Shown here piece by piece: positions 22,708 to 33,396 of a stretch of DNA of 64,000 bases. This DNA is from an uncultured delta proteobacterium (lineage in GTDB: Bacteria > Desulfobacterota > Binatia > UBA9968): positions 1 through 64,000 of the forward strand of contig CAVUZH010000016.1 in assembly GCA_963745835.1 (NCBI GenBank). The letters are read 5' to 3'. Every line of letters starts with the position of its first letter. The first letter of the stretch is position 1. The notes beneath the pieces were generated by a model, which did no database searches, was not told where the DNA came from, and saw only the letters and a program-made list of their open reading frames with translations. The translations under genes and the position numbers were made by a program.

Positions 22708-23697
22708 ATGCGAGCAGTGCGTGTACATGAGCTCGGCGGACCGGACGTGCTCCGCTATGAGGAAGTCCCGGAGCCACAACCGACAGCCGGCGAGGTTTTG
22801 GTAAAAGTTGCTGCCGCCGGTGTTAACTACCTCGACATCTATTATCGTTCCGGTTTTCACTGGGGCGGCCATCATGGCCGTGCGCTGCCCTATATTCCAG
22901 GCGCTGAGGCAGCCGGAACGGTCATCGAAATAGGCCCGAATGTCACGGACCTAAAAATCGGCGATCGCGTCGTTTACGGGATCTCCAACGGGTACGGCTC
23001 GTACGCCGAGCTGTACGCGTTGCCCGCATGGCATCTCTACAAGATTCCATCCTCGATAGCGTTCGAAGATGCTGCAGCAATCATGCTCCAGGGCATGACG
23101 GCTCATTATCTAACGCACAGTACGTATGCAGTAAAACCGAATGACACGGTTCTCATTCACGCCGCCGCTGGCGGAACCGGATCGTTGTTGGTTCAATTAG
23201 CAAAGATGCGCGGCGCGCGGGTTTTTGGAACCGTCTCGACGGCCAAGAAAGCGCGGCTCGCCCAATCTGCCGGCGCCGACGCCACGATCAACTACAGCGA
23301 ACAAGATTTCGCCGCCGAGGTTAGAAGGCTAAGCGGCGGCATCGGTGTCAATGTCGTCTACGATTCAGTCGGGCAAGTGACGTTTGAAAAAAGCCTCGAC
23401 TGCCTTGCCCCGCTGGGCAGCCTGGTTATTTTCGGGCAAGCCAGCGGTCCGGTGCCGCCGTTCGATACCGCGGTTCTAAACGCCAAAGGCTCCCTGACGT
23501 TGGCGCGACCTAGCCTGACACACAACGTTGCCAGCCATGCCGACGTGCTCTGGCGCGCTGGAGATTTATTCAAATGGCTTGGGGAAGGAAAACTTACGGT
23601 TAGGATCGGGCAAACCTACCGCCTTTCAAGAGCCGAAGATGCGCACCGCCAGTTAGAATCACGAAACTCCATCGGCAAGATTCTCTTGATTCCTTAG
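22708..23697 (+). CDS. NADPH:quinone oxidoreductase (zeta-crystallin-like MDR)
   Basis: GGPDVL, GVNYLD, PGAEAAG, LQGMTAHYL, HAAAGGTG, YDSVG, GKILL. Confidence 0.92.
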   Translation: MRAVRVHELGGPDVLRYEEVPEPQPTAGEVLVKVAAAGVNYLDIYYRSGFHWGGHHGRALPYIPGAEAAGTVIEIGPNVTDLKIGDRVVYGISNGYGSYAELYALPAWHLYKIPSSIAFEDAAAIMLQGMTAHYLTHSTYAVKPNDTVLIHAAAGGTGSLLVQLAKMRGARVFGTVSTAKKARLAQSAGADATINYSEQDFAAEVRRLSGGIGVNVVYDSVGQVTFEKSLDCLAPLGSLVIFGQASGPVPPFDTAVLNAKGSLTLARPSLTHNVASHADVLWRAGDLFKWLGEGKLTVRIGQTYRLSRAEDAHRQLESRNSIGKILLIP

Positions 23698-23711
23698 GCA
23701 AGAAAAAGAAC

Positions 23712-24431
23712 ATGTACGGCTGGCGCGCAAAGATCGGACGCATCTCGCCTTCTCCGGAAACCGTCGGTGCTGAAGAATGGCGCCGCTCCATGCCCGACGG
23801 CGTATGCCTCGTAGAGACCCGCACGCTCATCCACGATGTCACCGTGGAGGGCCTCAGCGAAACCGTTAAGCAGGTCGAACGAGCGGCTTTGGAGCTGGCT
23901 TCCGCCGAAGTAGACGTGATCTTACAGGCCGGTACCGCCATCGCCTTCTTCCGCGGCTTTGGGCACGATCAGGAATTAAGCCAGCGTATCCATGGAGCTA
24001 CCGGCATAAAGAGCACGACCTCGCTCACGGCTGTGGTCAACGCGCTGCGGGTGCTAAAAATTCAGCGTCTTGCGATTGCAACCTCGTACCTGGCCGACAT
24101 CGATGCTCGGCTGGTCGAAGTCTTGGAAAAGTCCGGCTTCGAAGTCTCAGCGATTCGTGGCATGGGGCTTAAGAAAAGTATCGATATGGGCAAAGTTTCC
24201 CCTGAAGAAACCTATCGGCTCGCTCGAGCGGTCGTCCGCTCAGCGCCCCGAGCTGACGGGATCCTGATCTCGTGCGGCAATCTCCGGACGTTCGAAGCGA
24301 TCGAACCGCTCGAAACCGATACTGGCTTGCCGGTCGTGACGAGTAATCAAGCAGGACTCTGGCAGGCAATGAGAATGGCGGGAATAAAGGACCGCCTAAC
24401 CTCTCTAGGCCGACTACTTCGGGAACACTGA
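23712..24431 (+). CDS. Asp/Glu racemase-superfamily protein, arylmalonate decarboxylase-like
   Basis: QAGTAIAFFRG and DGILISCGNL; PVVTSNQAGLW. Confidence 0.85.
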   Translation: MYGWRAKIGRISPSPETVGAEEWRRSMPDGVCLVETRTLIHDVTVEGLSETVKQVERAALELASAEVDVILQAGTAIAFFRGFGHDQELSQRIHGATGIKSTTSLTAVVNALRVLKIQRLAIATSYLADIDARLVEVLEKSGFEVSAIRGMGLKKSIDMGKVSPEETYRLARAVVRSAPRADGILISCGNLRTFEAIEPLETDTGLPVVTSNQAGLWQAMRMAGIKDRLTSLGRLLREH

Positions 24432-24522
24432 TATGTGCTTCTGAATGATCATAAGTTTAGCAGGTCGCTAATGGGTCCTCGGCCTTCGACATCATTCTTA
24501 AGCAACCTGCGGGTGTTCCTCC

Positions 24523-24643
24523 AGACTGAGCAAAAGGTTCACATGCGCAGGCGCGCGAAGACCGACGAGCGGAGACGTACGTAGAAGTACGTTGCACCGA
24601 GTCGGGCAAGCACCACGAAACAGGTGGGGCTTTTCATTAGTCT
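24523..24643. mobile_element. MITE/REP-like element of about 120 bp
   Basis: Imperfect 23-nt terminal inverted repeats (agactgagcaaaaggttcacatg / caggtggggcttttcattagtct) and an inner hairpin ACGTAC-gtagaa-GTACGT; lies between convergent genes. Confidence 0.6.
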
Positions 24644-24650
24644 TGAGCGC

Positions 24651-25737
24651 TCACGAGTGCTCATCCTGGGAGAACCACTCTGTCGGCAACTCTCTTCCTA
24701 GACCCTTCTCTCTCGCGAGTTCGTACACTCTGGCACCTGCGGCCGAGAATTGAAGCCCCAGTCCCAAATGATTGAGCATGCAAGTCACGTCGGACTCTTT
24801 ATTTCGGCCTTTGGCTTTGCCGGCAATTATTTCTGAAAGCTCCGGTTTGTCGCGCCAGTCGGCGGCGGTCTGTTTTAGCTCCGTGCGGCCGTAGTCGCCC
24901 TTGCCAAATTCCGGAATGGCGCTCTCCTGCCCTGGCAAAGTGAAAAGTTGAGCAGCTTCGCGCGTCGAAACAGCGATAACATCGCAGCGCAACAGGGCCT
25001 CGAGCATCATCTCGCTGGGCCGTACCGTGGTGATATGCATTCCCGCGTGAATCCACGATCGCGGGAAAAAACGGATCCAGCGCATTGGTCGCGAGTGCCA
25101 CGACATCAGCATGTTTGGCCGCTTCTTCGGGTGACGAAACGGCGACAACATCGGGAGAGATGATACGCTGCATCTCAGCAGCAAAATTTTCACGGTTAGA
25201 TTGCGTAGGGCTATAGATTCGAACCTCGCGGACAGGCAAAACCTTGCACATGGCGAGCACTGCCGGCTGCGCTTGCCAACCAGAACCATAGACCGCCAGG
25301 ACAGAGGAGTCGGGTCGGGCCATGTATTTCGCGGAGAGCGCGTTGGTAACCCCGACCCGAATCGCCTGGATAAAACCGTCGGGAAAGATGGCCAAGAGCT
25401 CTCCGGTCGACGTGCTAAAGACAAACACGAGACCCACATACTTCCCGCCCATCCCTAGAGGAACCTTTACCCGGCGCTGCCGAGCACCGATGACCGGCCA
25501 GGTGAGAATATCGGACGTGAGCCGCATCGTCGTCACACCCGAGCGCGGCAAGGAAGCGCAGGATGTTTTCAGACCGTGGTAACTACCGTCTAGCGGACCC
25601 GGCACCAATAGATCTTGGCGCGGCATGTTCACTGCATTGCCATTACCCAGGTCGCGTAGCGCCGGCTCTAAGACTTTAAAGCATTCCTCGAGCGTAAACA
25701 GCTGCTCGATTTCGTCATTACTGAGAATGAGAGTCAT
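24651..25737 (-). CDS. Ornithine cyclodeaminase/mu-crystallin family protein (frameshifted)
   Basis: MTLILSNDEIEQL, STSTGELLAIFPDG..IRVG, YGSGWQA, VYELAREKGLGRELPTEWF. Confidence 0.9.
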
Positions 25738-25757
25738 TCGATCATTTCTGCAAATCT

Positions 25758-26970
25758 TTACGGCTGGACGGCAGCCGCGGGCCTGAGCAGCAAGAGCGTG
25801 AGCACAGAGGCCGCAAAAGGGAAGAGCGCAATGGAACTGAGCGCGGTCGGCAGGCCATAGGCATCGGCGACGATTCCGGCGAGAATCGGCGCGAGAAACG
25901 ATACCCCCATGTTGGCCCCGTAGATAAAAGCGATAATGCTGCCGGTCAAGATGTTGCGGTGCGGCTTCCATCGCCGCTGAGACTATTACCGGCCGCAAAG
26001 CCCAAAGGAGCGCTCCAAGGGCCCCAAGACCGCATGCCAAGACAAAGCCAGATCCTAGATAAGGAATTCAACGATCGCGACCACGCTCAGCATCGAGAAA
26101 ACAACGATCAAAAGCTTATGGCCGAAACGATCTGAAATCCAACCGACCACTGCCGGCGCCGCGCCAGCGAAAAGAAATAGGATCGACATATACGCGCCGG
26201 CAGCCGCGGCCGTAAGCTTTAAGTGCAACAATAAATAGAGCGGCAAAAACACCGCTAGAGCGGTTTGGCCCATGGCGCGAAGAGTCGAGACAGCCACCAG
26301 GGCGAATACCGTCTTGTTCTTGAGCACATCTTCCCACAAAGCCCGACGATATTCGCGGCCCGCGCTACTGCCACCACATTCGCCTTCTCCACCAAAAATC
26401 GCATACATCAGCACCGATGGCTAGGCCTGGAATCGCCCAGATTTGCAGAGTGGTCCGCCAATCAAAAAAATTGAGCAGCAGTCCTATGGTCAGCGGGCCA
26501 AGAACCTCACCCAGGTTGGCGCTGCTGTCGTGCACACCGAGGGCGAAGGCCCGCCGATCGCGGTACCTGGCGGATAAGATCGCCAGTGACTGGGGATGAA
26601 AACCGCCCCCACCCAAACCGCTGAGACCCATAAAAATCATCAACAAGGGAAAACTCGATACCGCGCTCAAGCCGAGGCTCGCTAGTCCGATCACGCCAAT
26701 GCAAAGTCCCAGCAACAGATTGCGCCGACTCGCTAGATCGGCGAAAAAGCCGGAGGGAAAGCTGGCCACCCCGGCCATCAAGGTGCGGGCCGAAGCCAAC
26801 ATGCCGGCCTGTGCCAAACTTAGTCCCAATGAAGAAGTGATCAGCGGCAAAATGACGGCAATAACTCCGTTAAAGAGATGCTCGGTCAGATGAGCGCTTG
26901 AGTTAGCTGCCAATCGACCCCAATATGATACCGGCGTACTTAATGCTCGCACAGTTTCGGTTTTCGACAA
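25758..26970 (-). CDS. MFS transporter (FSR-like, frameshifted)
   Basis: SGFFADLASRR, GGGGFHP, GWISDRFGHK, GIVADAYGL; many TM segments; probable TTG start. Confidence 0.88.
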
Positions 26971-27135
26971 TTCTTTGTCCTTAAAGGTTTTAATGCTTCC
27001 AATAAGCCGATTTTCCGCCCAGCGCAAACTCGTCGCGCAGCCTTAGCCAATTCGTGACCCGCAGTTTAGCTCAACCTTACGTTCGCGCTTCACATGCTTG
27101 GTATCACCTTAGTGATAGAAATGATTGGGTGAGCG

Positions 27136-27761
27136 TTAGCCATGACCGGGCATGATCTTGCCGAAGTTTACCTCGCTCAATCCGCCAAGCGTCTTTATCC
27201 AGCCCTCGATTCGGCCGTAGACGGTTACGGGATGAAACTCTGTATAGAGCAGATCGCCGGCAAAGAATACATCGTCCTCGGCGAAATAGGCGGTGGCATC
27301 GCCGCGGCTGTGACTCTGATCGTAATGTTTTAGATGAACCGTCGCGCCAGGCAGGTTTACCGTCAGCTTATCGGAAAAGACGATGTGCGGCAGTCTCATC
27401 TTTAGACCAGGATAGAGCTCGAATAACGCCGGGCGACCGTCCCGACATCTCGGCAAACTTGTCATCGCCCTCATCCTTCAATGCGTCAAGACAGCCTTTG
27501 CTAGCGATGATCGCAGCACCGTGGTTCTCATATAAACCTTTGCCGAGCTGTGGTCGAAGTTTTCATGAGTGAAATAATTATTTGACGCGGCGGACAGCTA
27601 GTCTTTTCCAGCGCTTGCTCAATTTCATCAATGCCCCGAATATCGGCATCGATTAGAAGCGCCGCGCCATCATCGCCCCGCACAATGCCGAAATTGGTGG
27701 CGCCATCTTCTCCGATCACGGCAAATGCCGCACGGCCCAGTTGTTCCAGTCTTACTTGTAT
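27136..27761 (-). pseudogene. MBL-fold metallo-hydrolase, probably decayed
   Basis: RBS AAGGAG then ATA in place of ATG; THENFDH motif, SHSRGD, FAGDL; frameshifts; stops right after MPGHG. Confidence 0.65.
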
Positions 27762-27936
27762 AAACTACTCCTTTGTTGCGCATTTTGGATCGAACACGGC
27801 GAACTCAACTCGGATATGACGCTCCGTACTTTTTGTCAACGCGAGAATTGGAAGATTAAGTTCGTTGAGGCTGATTGGACAACCCTCTCTTGATCAGATA
27901 AATCATACCGCTAAATAGTGACGCGGGAGAAAAAAC

Positions 27937-28997
27937 GTGACGCTCATTCTCAACAACGATGATATTCAGAAAGCCTTGAACATCAAGGAATGCCTCGATG
28001 TCATGGAAGAGTCTTATCGCGAGCAGGCCGCCAGCCGTGCGGTCAATCGCCCCACTTGCCACTCGTATCTGCCGCATTCGCTGCCCAATTCGACTTACAG
28101 CTTTAAATCGGTGGACGGCGGCGTCGGCAAGTATGGCGTTTTGGCTTTAAGGGTCACTTCGGATATCGTCCAGGAACAACGATCAACAACTCCATTAGCC
28201 TTGGAAAAATTGCCACTGGCAAAACAAATGTTTGTTGGGCTCGTTCAGAACTTTTTAGCGTCGAAACCGGCGAGCTTCTGGCCATCATGCCGGACGGTCT
28301 CATTCAACAGACTCGGGTCGGGAGTTACCAGTGCGCTCGGGATGAAACGATGGCGCGAAAGAATGCCAAAGTTCTCGGGCTTATCGGCTCCGGCGGCCAG
28401 GCGAAGTCCCATTATCGTTTTATGACTGCCATAATGCCGATAAATAAAGTAAAAGTGTTCAGTCCTAATCCTGAGCATCGAAAAGCGTTCGTCGATGAAA
28501 TGGTGAAGAGACCGGCATTTCCGGCGAACCCGTCACCAGCGCCGAAGAAGCTGTCAGAGGCTGCGATATAATATGCACCGCAACCAACTCGTCAGAGCCA
28601 GTACTAAAAGCTCGATTGGCTCGAGCCTGGATGCACTACAACTCGATCCGTGAATTCGAGACGGACCTGGCGGTTTTGGAGAAGATGCGACTTGATCGCG
28701 ATTCATACCCAGTTCGGCGGAATCCAGCATTACCAGCCGCCCGGAATCGTTGAAGACATGCCAGGTGTGCGCCGCGAAAAGCCGCGCGATTGGTCGCGCT
28801 ATCCTGAAATTTGCGACATTATCTCAGGGAAAATCGCTGGGCGAATCGACGACAACAAATCACTTTCTTCTTGAACAACGTCGGCACCGGGGTTCAAATT
28901 TGCCGCGATGGGCTACTGCGCCTTTAAGGCGGCAAGAGAGAAAGGCTTAGGTCATGAAATCCCGTCCGAGTGGTTCCTGCAAAACATAAAGCCCTAG
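27937..28997 (+). CDS. Second ornithine cyclodeaminase/mu-crystallin family protein (frameshifted)
   Basis: (M)TLILNNDDIQKAL, MPDGLIQQTRVG, IGSGGQA, REKGLGHEIPSEWFLQ. Confidence 0.88.
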
Positions 28998-29029
28998 CAC
29001 TTAGCATCTCGCTCGGCTGTCGACTAAAT

Positions 29030-30337
29030 TTATTCCTGTGAGCGGCCAACCAGTGGACGAATACCGACCACGCTGAAGAGCAGTTCCTTGGTGGAAGCTT
29101 TGTGCGTCGGCCTGACCTCGCGAAATGAACGCGAGAGCAATAAAAACAGAACGAGACGGCAGAAGCAGGAAAGAACAAAAAGACTCATCAAACTGTAACC
29201 GAAAAGAAGCGGCAGCCGGGAGCCAAGAAAACCGCCGAGGGCCGAGCCGAGAAAAAGTGCGCCGCCATTGATGACGTTAAAATACGCAATGCAGCGGACA
29301 CGCTTCTGCGGCGTAACCGCGTCATAGATGAAATTGGCCGCACTGAGCGTAACCCCGCTCCAGGCAAACCCCGCCCAGATTTGAACCAGCATCAGGTAAG
29401 CCGGATCGTGGGAAAAAAGCCAAAACGCCGGGATGATCGCGGCGAGTAAGGAACTCAGTCGCAAAACTCGCACATTGCCGACTAGGTCGGCATGTCTTCC
29501 CCAGAGCGGCAACGCAACCAGCGAAGCAAATGAGGAACAGACTTGAAGACCCATATAAGTCAGATAACTAAATTGCAGGTCGCGTAGCATGAAGACGGCG
29601 AAAAATGGCGCCGCTAAATAAGTTGCAAATGTTAGGCAAGCGCTGAAGACCACAAATTTTAGAAAATTGCTTTCCCTAAATCGCGCGATAAACATCAGGA
29701 ACGTAAAATCACTTGCAGGGTCGCTTCTATGCGGGGGCTCGTCCATACAACTGATAAAGTAACCTGACGCGAAGCGGGCCAGCGCTGCCAAACCGAACAA
29801 AATGCAAAACCCGGCACCGTAAGAAATCTCTCGGAACGAATACAGTAGTAAGCCCGAGATGATGATGCTGCCCAACGTCACCGCGCCAACCGTTCTATTG
29901 CGCCAGCCGAAGTATCGCCCTCTTTTGCTGGAAGGAATGTAATCAGTGATCAAACTGCCCCAGGCCGGTCCGGCCAAGCCGCCGCACATCGCCATCAAGA
30001 TCAATGCGCAGATTAAGAATTCCACGCGCTGCGCTGTTTCGAGCCAAGGTAGAATCGCTATGCTAAGAATCAGTGAAGCTTGACATAAAACTAAACGCAC
30101 CAGTAATTTTAGCCGGCCGCCAATCCAATGAATGATTCGCACCGCGAGGAACTGCGAGAGTGACGATAACAGATGCGGCAGCGCGCTGATCAAGCCGACC
30201 TGCTGAACCGTTGCGCCTAAAAAAAGCGCCAAAGGGGTTGCGTAATGCTCGGTGATGCCGGCCATAAAGGCGGCACAGATTCCGTCCTTAAACGACGATC
30301 GTAGACTCTCTCTGACGTTGACTCTTCTTCGCGTCAT
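29030..30337 (-). CDS. MFS transporter (minus strand; the ORF track labels it +)
   Basis: Reverse complement of 30337 reads ATG ACG CGA AGA (MTRR..); RGRYFGWR, WGRHADLVGN; about 12 TM segments. Confidence 0.9.
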   Translation of the reverse strand: MTRRRVNVRESLRSSFKDGICAAFMAGITEHYATPLALFLGATVQQVGLISALPHLLSSLSQFLAVRIIHWIGGRLKLLVRLVLCQASLILSIAILPWLETAQRVEFLICALILMAMCGGLAGPAWGSLITDYIPSSKRGRYFGWRNRTVGAVTLGSIIISGLLLYSFREISYGAGFCILFGLAALARFASGYFISCMDEPPHRSDPASDFTFLMFIARFRESNFLKFVVFSACLTFATYLAAPFFAVFMLRDLQFSYLTYMGLQVCSSFASLVALPLWGRHADLVGNVRVLRLSSLLAAIIPAFWLFSHDPAYLMLVQIWAGFAWSGVTLSAANFIYDAVTPQKRVRCIAYFNVINGGALFLGSALGGFLGSRLPLLFGYSLMSLFVLSCFCRLVLFLLLSRSFREVRPTHKASTKELLFSVVGIRPLVGRSQE

Positions 30338-30387
30338 GGTGAAAAGGAAAAATGATGAGCCATTTTAAAAAAAATTGCCAGTTGCAA

Positions 30388-30411
30388 GGTTTGGAAAGTA
30401 TTTTCCAAACC
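30388..30411. promoter_or_regulatory. Perfect 10-bp inverted repeat, putative operator
   Basis: GGTTTGGAAA-gtat-TTTCCAAACC, 50 nt upstream of the MFS start. Confidence 0.45.
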
Positions 30412-30739
30412 ATCAGAACTGGAAAGAATTCATGAACCAGATGGCGCGGACTACTCGACTCATCCGCTTGGGCAAAAATATATTTGAAAGGCTCGCATTT
30501 GCGTAGGGAACTTGGATCTTAACCGACAGCCGTGTGAGATTAATTGCGACTGGAAAGTTGAAACAAACGACTTGGGATGGCAGTGATCAGGCCAGGCTTG
30601 AACTGCGGACGGAACGCCAGGCCGGCAAATTACACCAAGATGCACATAGATCGCTGATCACGCTTACCTGTTGCATCTATGCTCAGACCCGCCAATATGA
30701 AAGAAGCCGGCGCGTCCGGTTAAGCGACGGTTAATAATC

Positions 30740-31658
30740 GTGAATCAGCCTCTTCTCATTGGAACCTCAGGTTATTCATACCCTGGACCACCTCCCAAGG
30801 GTTGGTTTGGCGCGTTCTATCCAGAGCCGAAACCCAAACGTTTCGATGATCTCAATTACTACTCACAGGTCTTCAACACAGTGGAAATCAATTCGACAAT
30901 TCTAACAGGCCGCCGTCGGTCAGCACGACCACGGCCTGGACGAAAAAAACTTCATCTGACTTCACTTTCGCCGTGAAGCTTTGGCAGAAATTTACGCATC
31001 CGGTGAAAATCGGGCGAAAACAATCTGAAGAAAAGTGGGAGGCTCCAACCCAGGAAGATATCGATCAATTCCGCGCCGCCATGGAACCTATCGCCGAAGC
31101 GGGTAAGCTCGGAGCGCTTCTGCTGCAGTATCCGACCGGATTTCACTGCACGCCCGAGAACATGGAACGAGTCGAGAGAACGCTGCAAGTATTCTATGAC
31201 TACCCGAAGGTGGTCGAGCTTCGGCACAATAGTTGGAGTGAGCGTAGTTCAGGGATCAAAGCCCTGTTGGAAGCCAATCGAGCCAGCAGCGTGCTCATCG
31301 ACGAGCCTAAGTTTTCATCTTCCATTCGCCAGAACGTCGTGACCATTGGCGATATTTTTTACTTCCGTGCTCATGGCCGCAACGCCAAGGCATGGTGGAG
31401 GCCGAAGGAATCCTGGGAGCGTTACGATTACCTGTACTCCCGCGATGAAATTAAGAGTATCGCAAAACGAATCAAAGACGCCACCACGCACCGGGTATAA
31501 AGAAGGGGTTTGCGTTCTTCAATAATCATGCCCGAGCCAACGCACCTGCTAACGCCGTCATGCTCTCTCAGGAACTCGGACTGCGGCCAAAAGCGATGCC
31601 CAGCGAAGCACTGATAGCTAAATTTCCTGACCTGGTAAATATCGGTTCGTCACCTTGA
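30740..31658 (+). CDS. DUF72 domain protein (frameshifted)
   Basis: IGTSGYSY..W.GAFYP, FNTVEINST, KLGALLLQYP, VVELRH.SW, YFRAHGRN, RYDYLYS, FFNNH. Confidence 0.9.
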
Positions 31659-31722
31659 TTGACGTTCATAGCGGCATTGCCTTCAACAAGTGAATTCCTT
31701 TAACTCGGTTTAGTTACTCTAT

Positions 31723-31748
31723 GTTCACGAACACGGTTCACGAGCACG
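31723..31748. repeat. 13-nt tandem duplication
   Basis: gttcacgaacacg gttcacgagcacg (one mismatch) between convergent genes. Confidence 0.5.
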
Positions 31749-31754
31749 CATTTG

Positions 31755-32830
31755 TTACAGCCGCGGCGCCTTGACCATCACGCTTGAATCGATGCTCGCG
31801 ATCGTCGGCCGGCCACATTTAGCCATGGTGATCTCCATCTCTTCACGAAGTATGTCCAGCACTCGGACTACCCCCTGCTCGCCATCGACGGCGAGACCCC
31901 AAAACAATGGACGGCCGATGAACACGGCCTTGGCTCCTAAGGCCAGGGCTTTGACGACATCGGCGCCTCGCCTGATGCCACCATCAAGAAGAATTTCCAA
32001 TTTTCCCTCTGGCTGCGGTAACGGCTTCAGCCAGGACCTCCACTGTCGCTAGGGTGTTGTCGAGATGCCGGCCCCCGTGATTAGAGACGATCACGCCTTC
32101 GAGTCCCATTTCTGCGCATAACTCGACGTCCTCTCCGGTCATGATGCCTTTGGCGACAACTGCGAGATCGGTTTGCGATTTGATCCATTCTAAATCTTTC
32201 CAAGTAGCGGCCGGATCGGATCCTCCTTCGGAGCCGGCAGGTCTCGGCGCACTGGCAGCGTTCGCTGCTGTTGTTTGATAGTTGACACCCCGAGTCCTTC
32301 GATAGTTGTTTCTGATGTTGCGCTCACGCTTGGGCGGCCACTGCGAGTCCAGAGTGACACAGATTGCTTCATATCCCGCTCCTTTGGCGCGATCTAGCCA
32401 GCTTCTGGTCAGGCTCCGGTCGCGAAACGGATATAACTGCAGCCAGAGATGACCGGGAGCGGCTTTGGCCAATTCTTCAAAGGATGAATTGGAGTTGGCG
32501 CTGACAGCCATGATGGTACCCCTTGCCGCAGCGGCGCGGTAGGTGGCGAACTCACCGTCAGGATGTGCCTTTTTATGCCCGCCGCAAGGCGCGATCAAAA
32601 CCGGCAGCTTCACCTTGGTTCGGAGCACCGTGGTTGAAAGGTCTAGAGCACTGACATCGCGCAATATTCTCGGCCGCAAGGCCCAGGATTCATAGGCGCG
32701 GCGATTTCGTTGGACGCTGATCTCGTCGGTGGCGCCGCCGGCAATGTAATCGTATTCGCTCTTTCGGCAGACGCTCCTTGGCGATAGCTTCGAAGTCAAA
32801 CAGATTAATGGGTGTCGAGCTCGTGCTCAT
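31755..32830 (-). CDS. FMN-dependent alpha-hydroxy acid dehydrogenase/oxidase (frameshifted)
   Basis: YDYIAGGA, LRPRILRDVS, WLQLY, VSNHGGRHLD, DGGIRRGADVVKALALGA; RBS GGAGG. Confidence 0.93.
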
Positions 32831-32928
32831 GTGGACCTCCGAGAAAAAACCGTGGGTTTAATGACGATAAATGGAAAGGTGCAGTGAGGTTCTTATTTCG
32901 GGTTTTAGCTTCTTCGTCTAACCGGCTC

Positions 32929-33177
32929 TTATTTAGCTTTTAGTTGTCGGTCGTTGTCTTTAAGAAAAGATCGGATCTCATCGGCGTAGTCGAGTAGCCT
33001 AACCCATTGCTCCTTGTAAAGGGTCACAGGGAACCTGCCAAGTCCGTAAATCGACAGGCCGCCTTTTTCGCTGACCTTTAGCCGCAACTGACCGGGTTTT
33101 CGTTCGACCTGTTCACGCAGCGCTCGGTTTTCCGCCTCCAGGCGCGCCAGCTTCTGCTCAGCTGTTTCTTCTGCCAT
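32929..33177 (-). CDS. Small conserved hypothetical protein (82 aa)
   Basis: RBS GGAGG; coiled-coil N-terminus then LKVSEKGGLSIYGLGRFPVTLYKEQW. Confidence 0.8.
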   Translation of the reverse strand: MAEETAEQKLARLEAENRALREQVERKPGQLRLKVSEKGGLSIYGLGRFPVTLYKEQWVRLLDYADEIRSFLKDNDRQLKAK

Positions 33178-33396
33178 AATTCCTCCGATGTTTGCGCTGT
33201 ATGTTCCAGCCTCTAGATTGTGAACCCGACTAGGTTACGACTGCGATTGCCCAAGAACTCTCATATCGCAAAGCAGCCGAGAACGCGAGATCGTTACATG
33301 AGATATCAGAGAAGCAACCGACAGCCAGGCGCGAGACAAACGCGCTACGTAAGAAGTTGTTCATTGGAGAGTTTTAGCATAGTAGGAAATTGAACA

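Noticed and set aside
31723-31748. CRISPR-like repeats
   Set aside because: Two adjacent 13-mers with no spacer; no cas genes in the window
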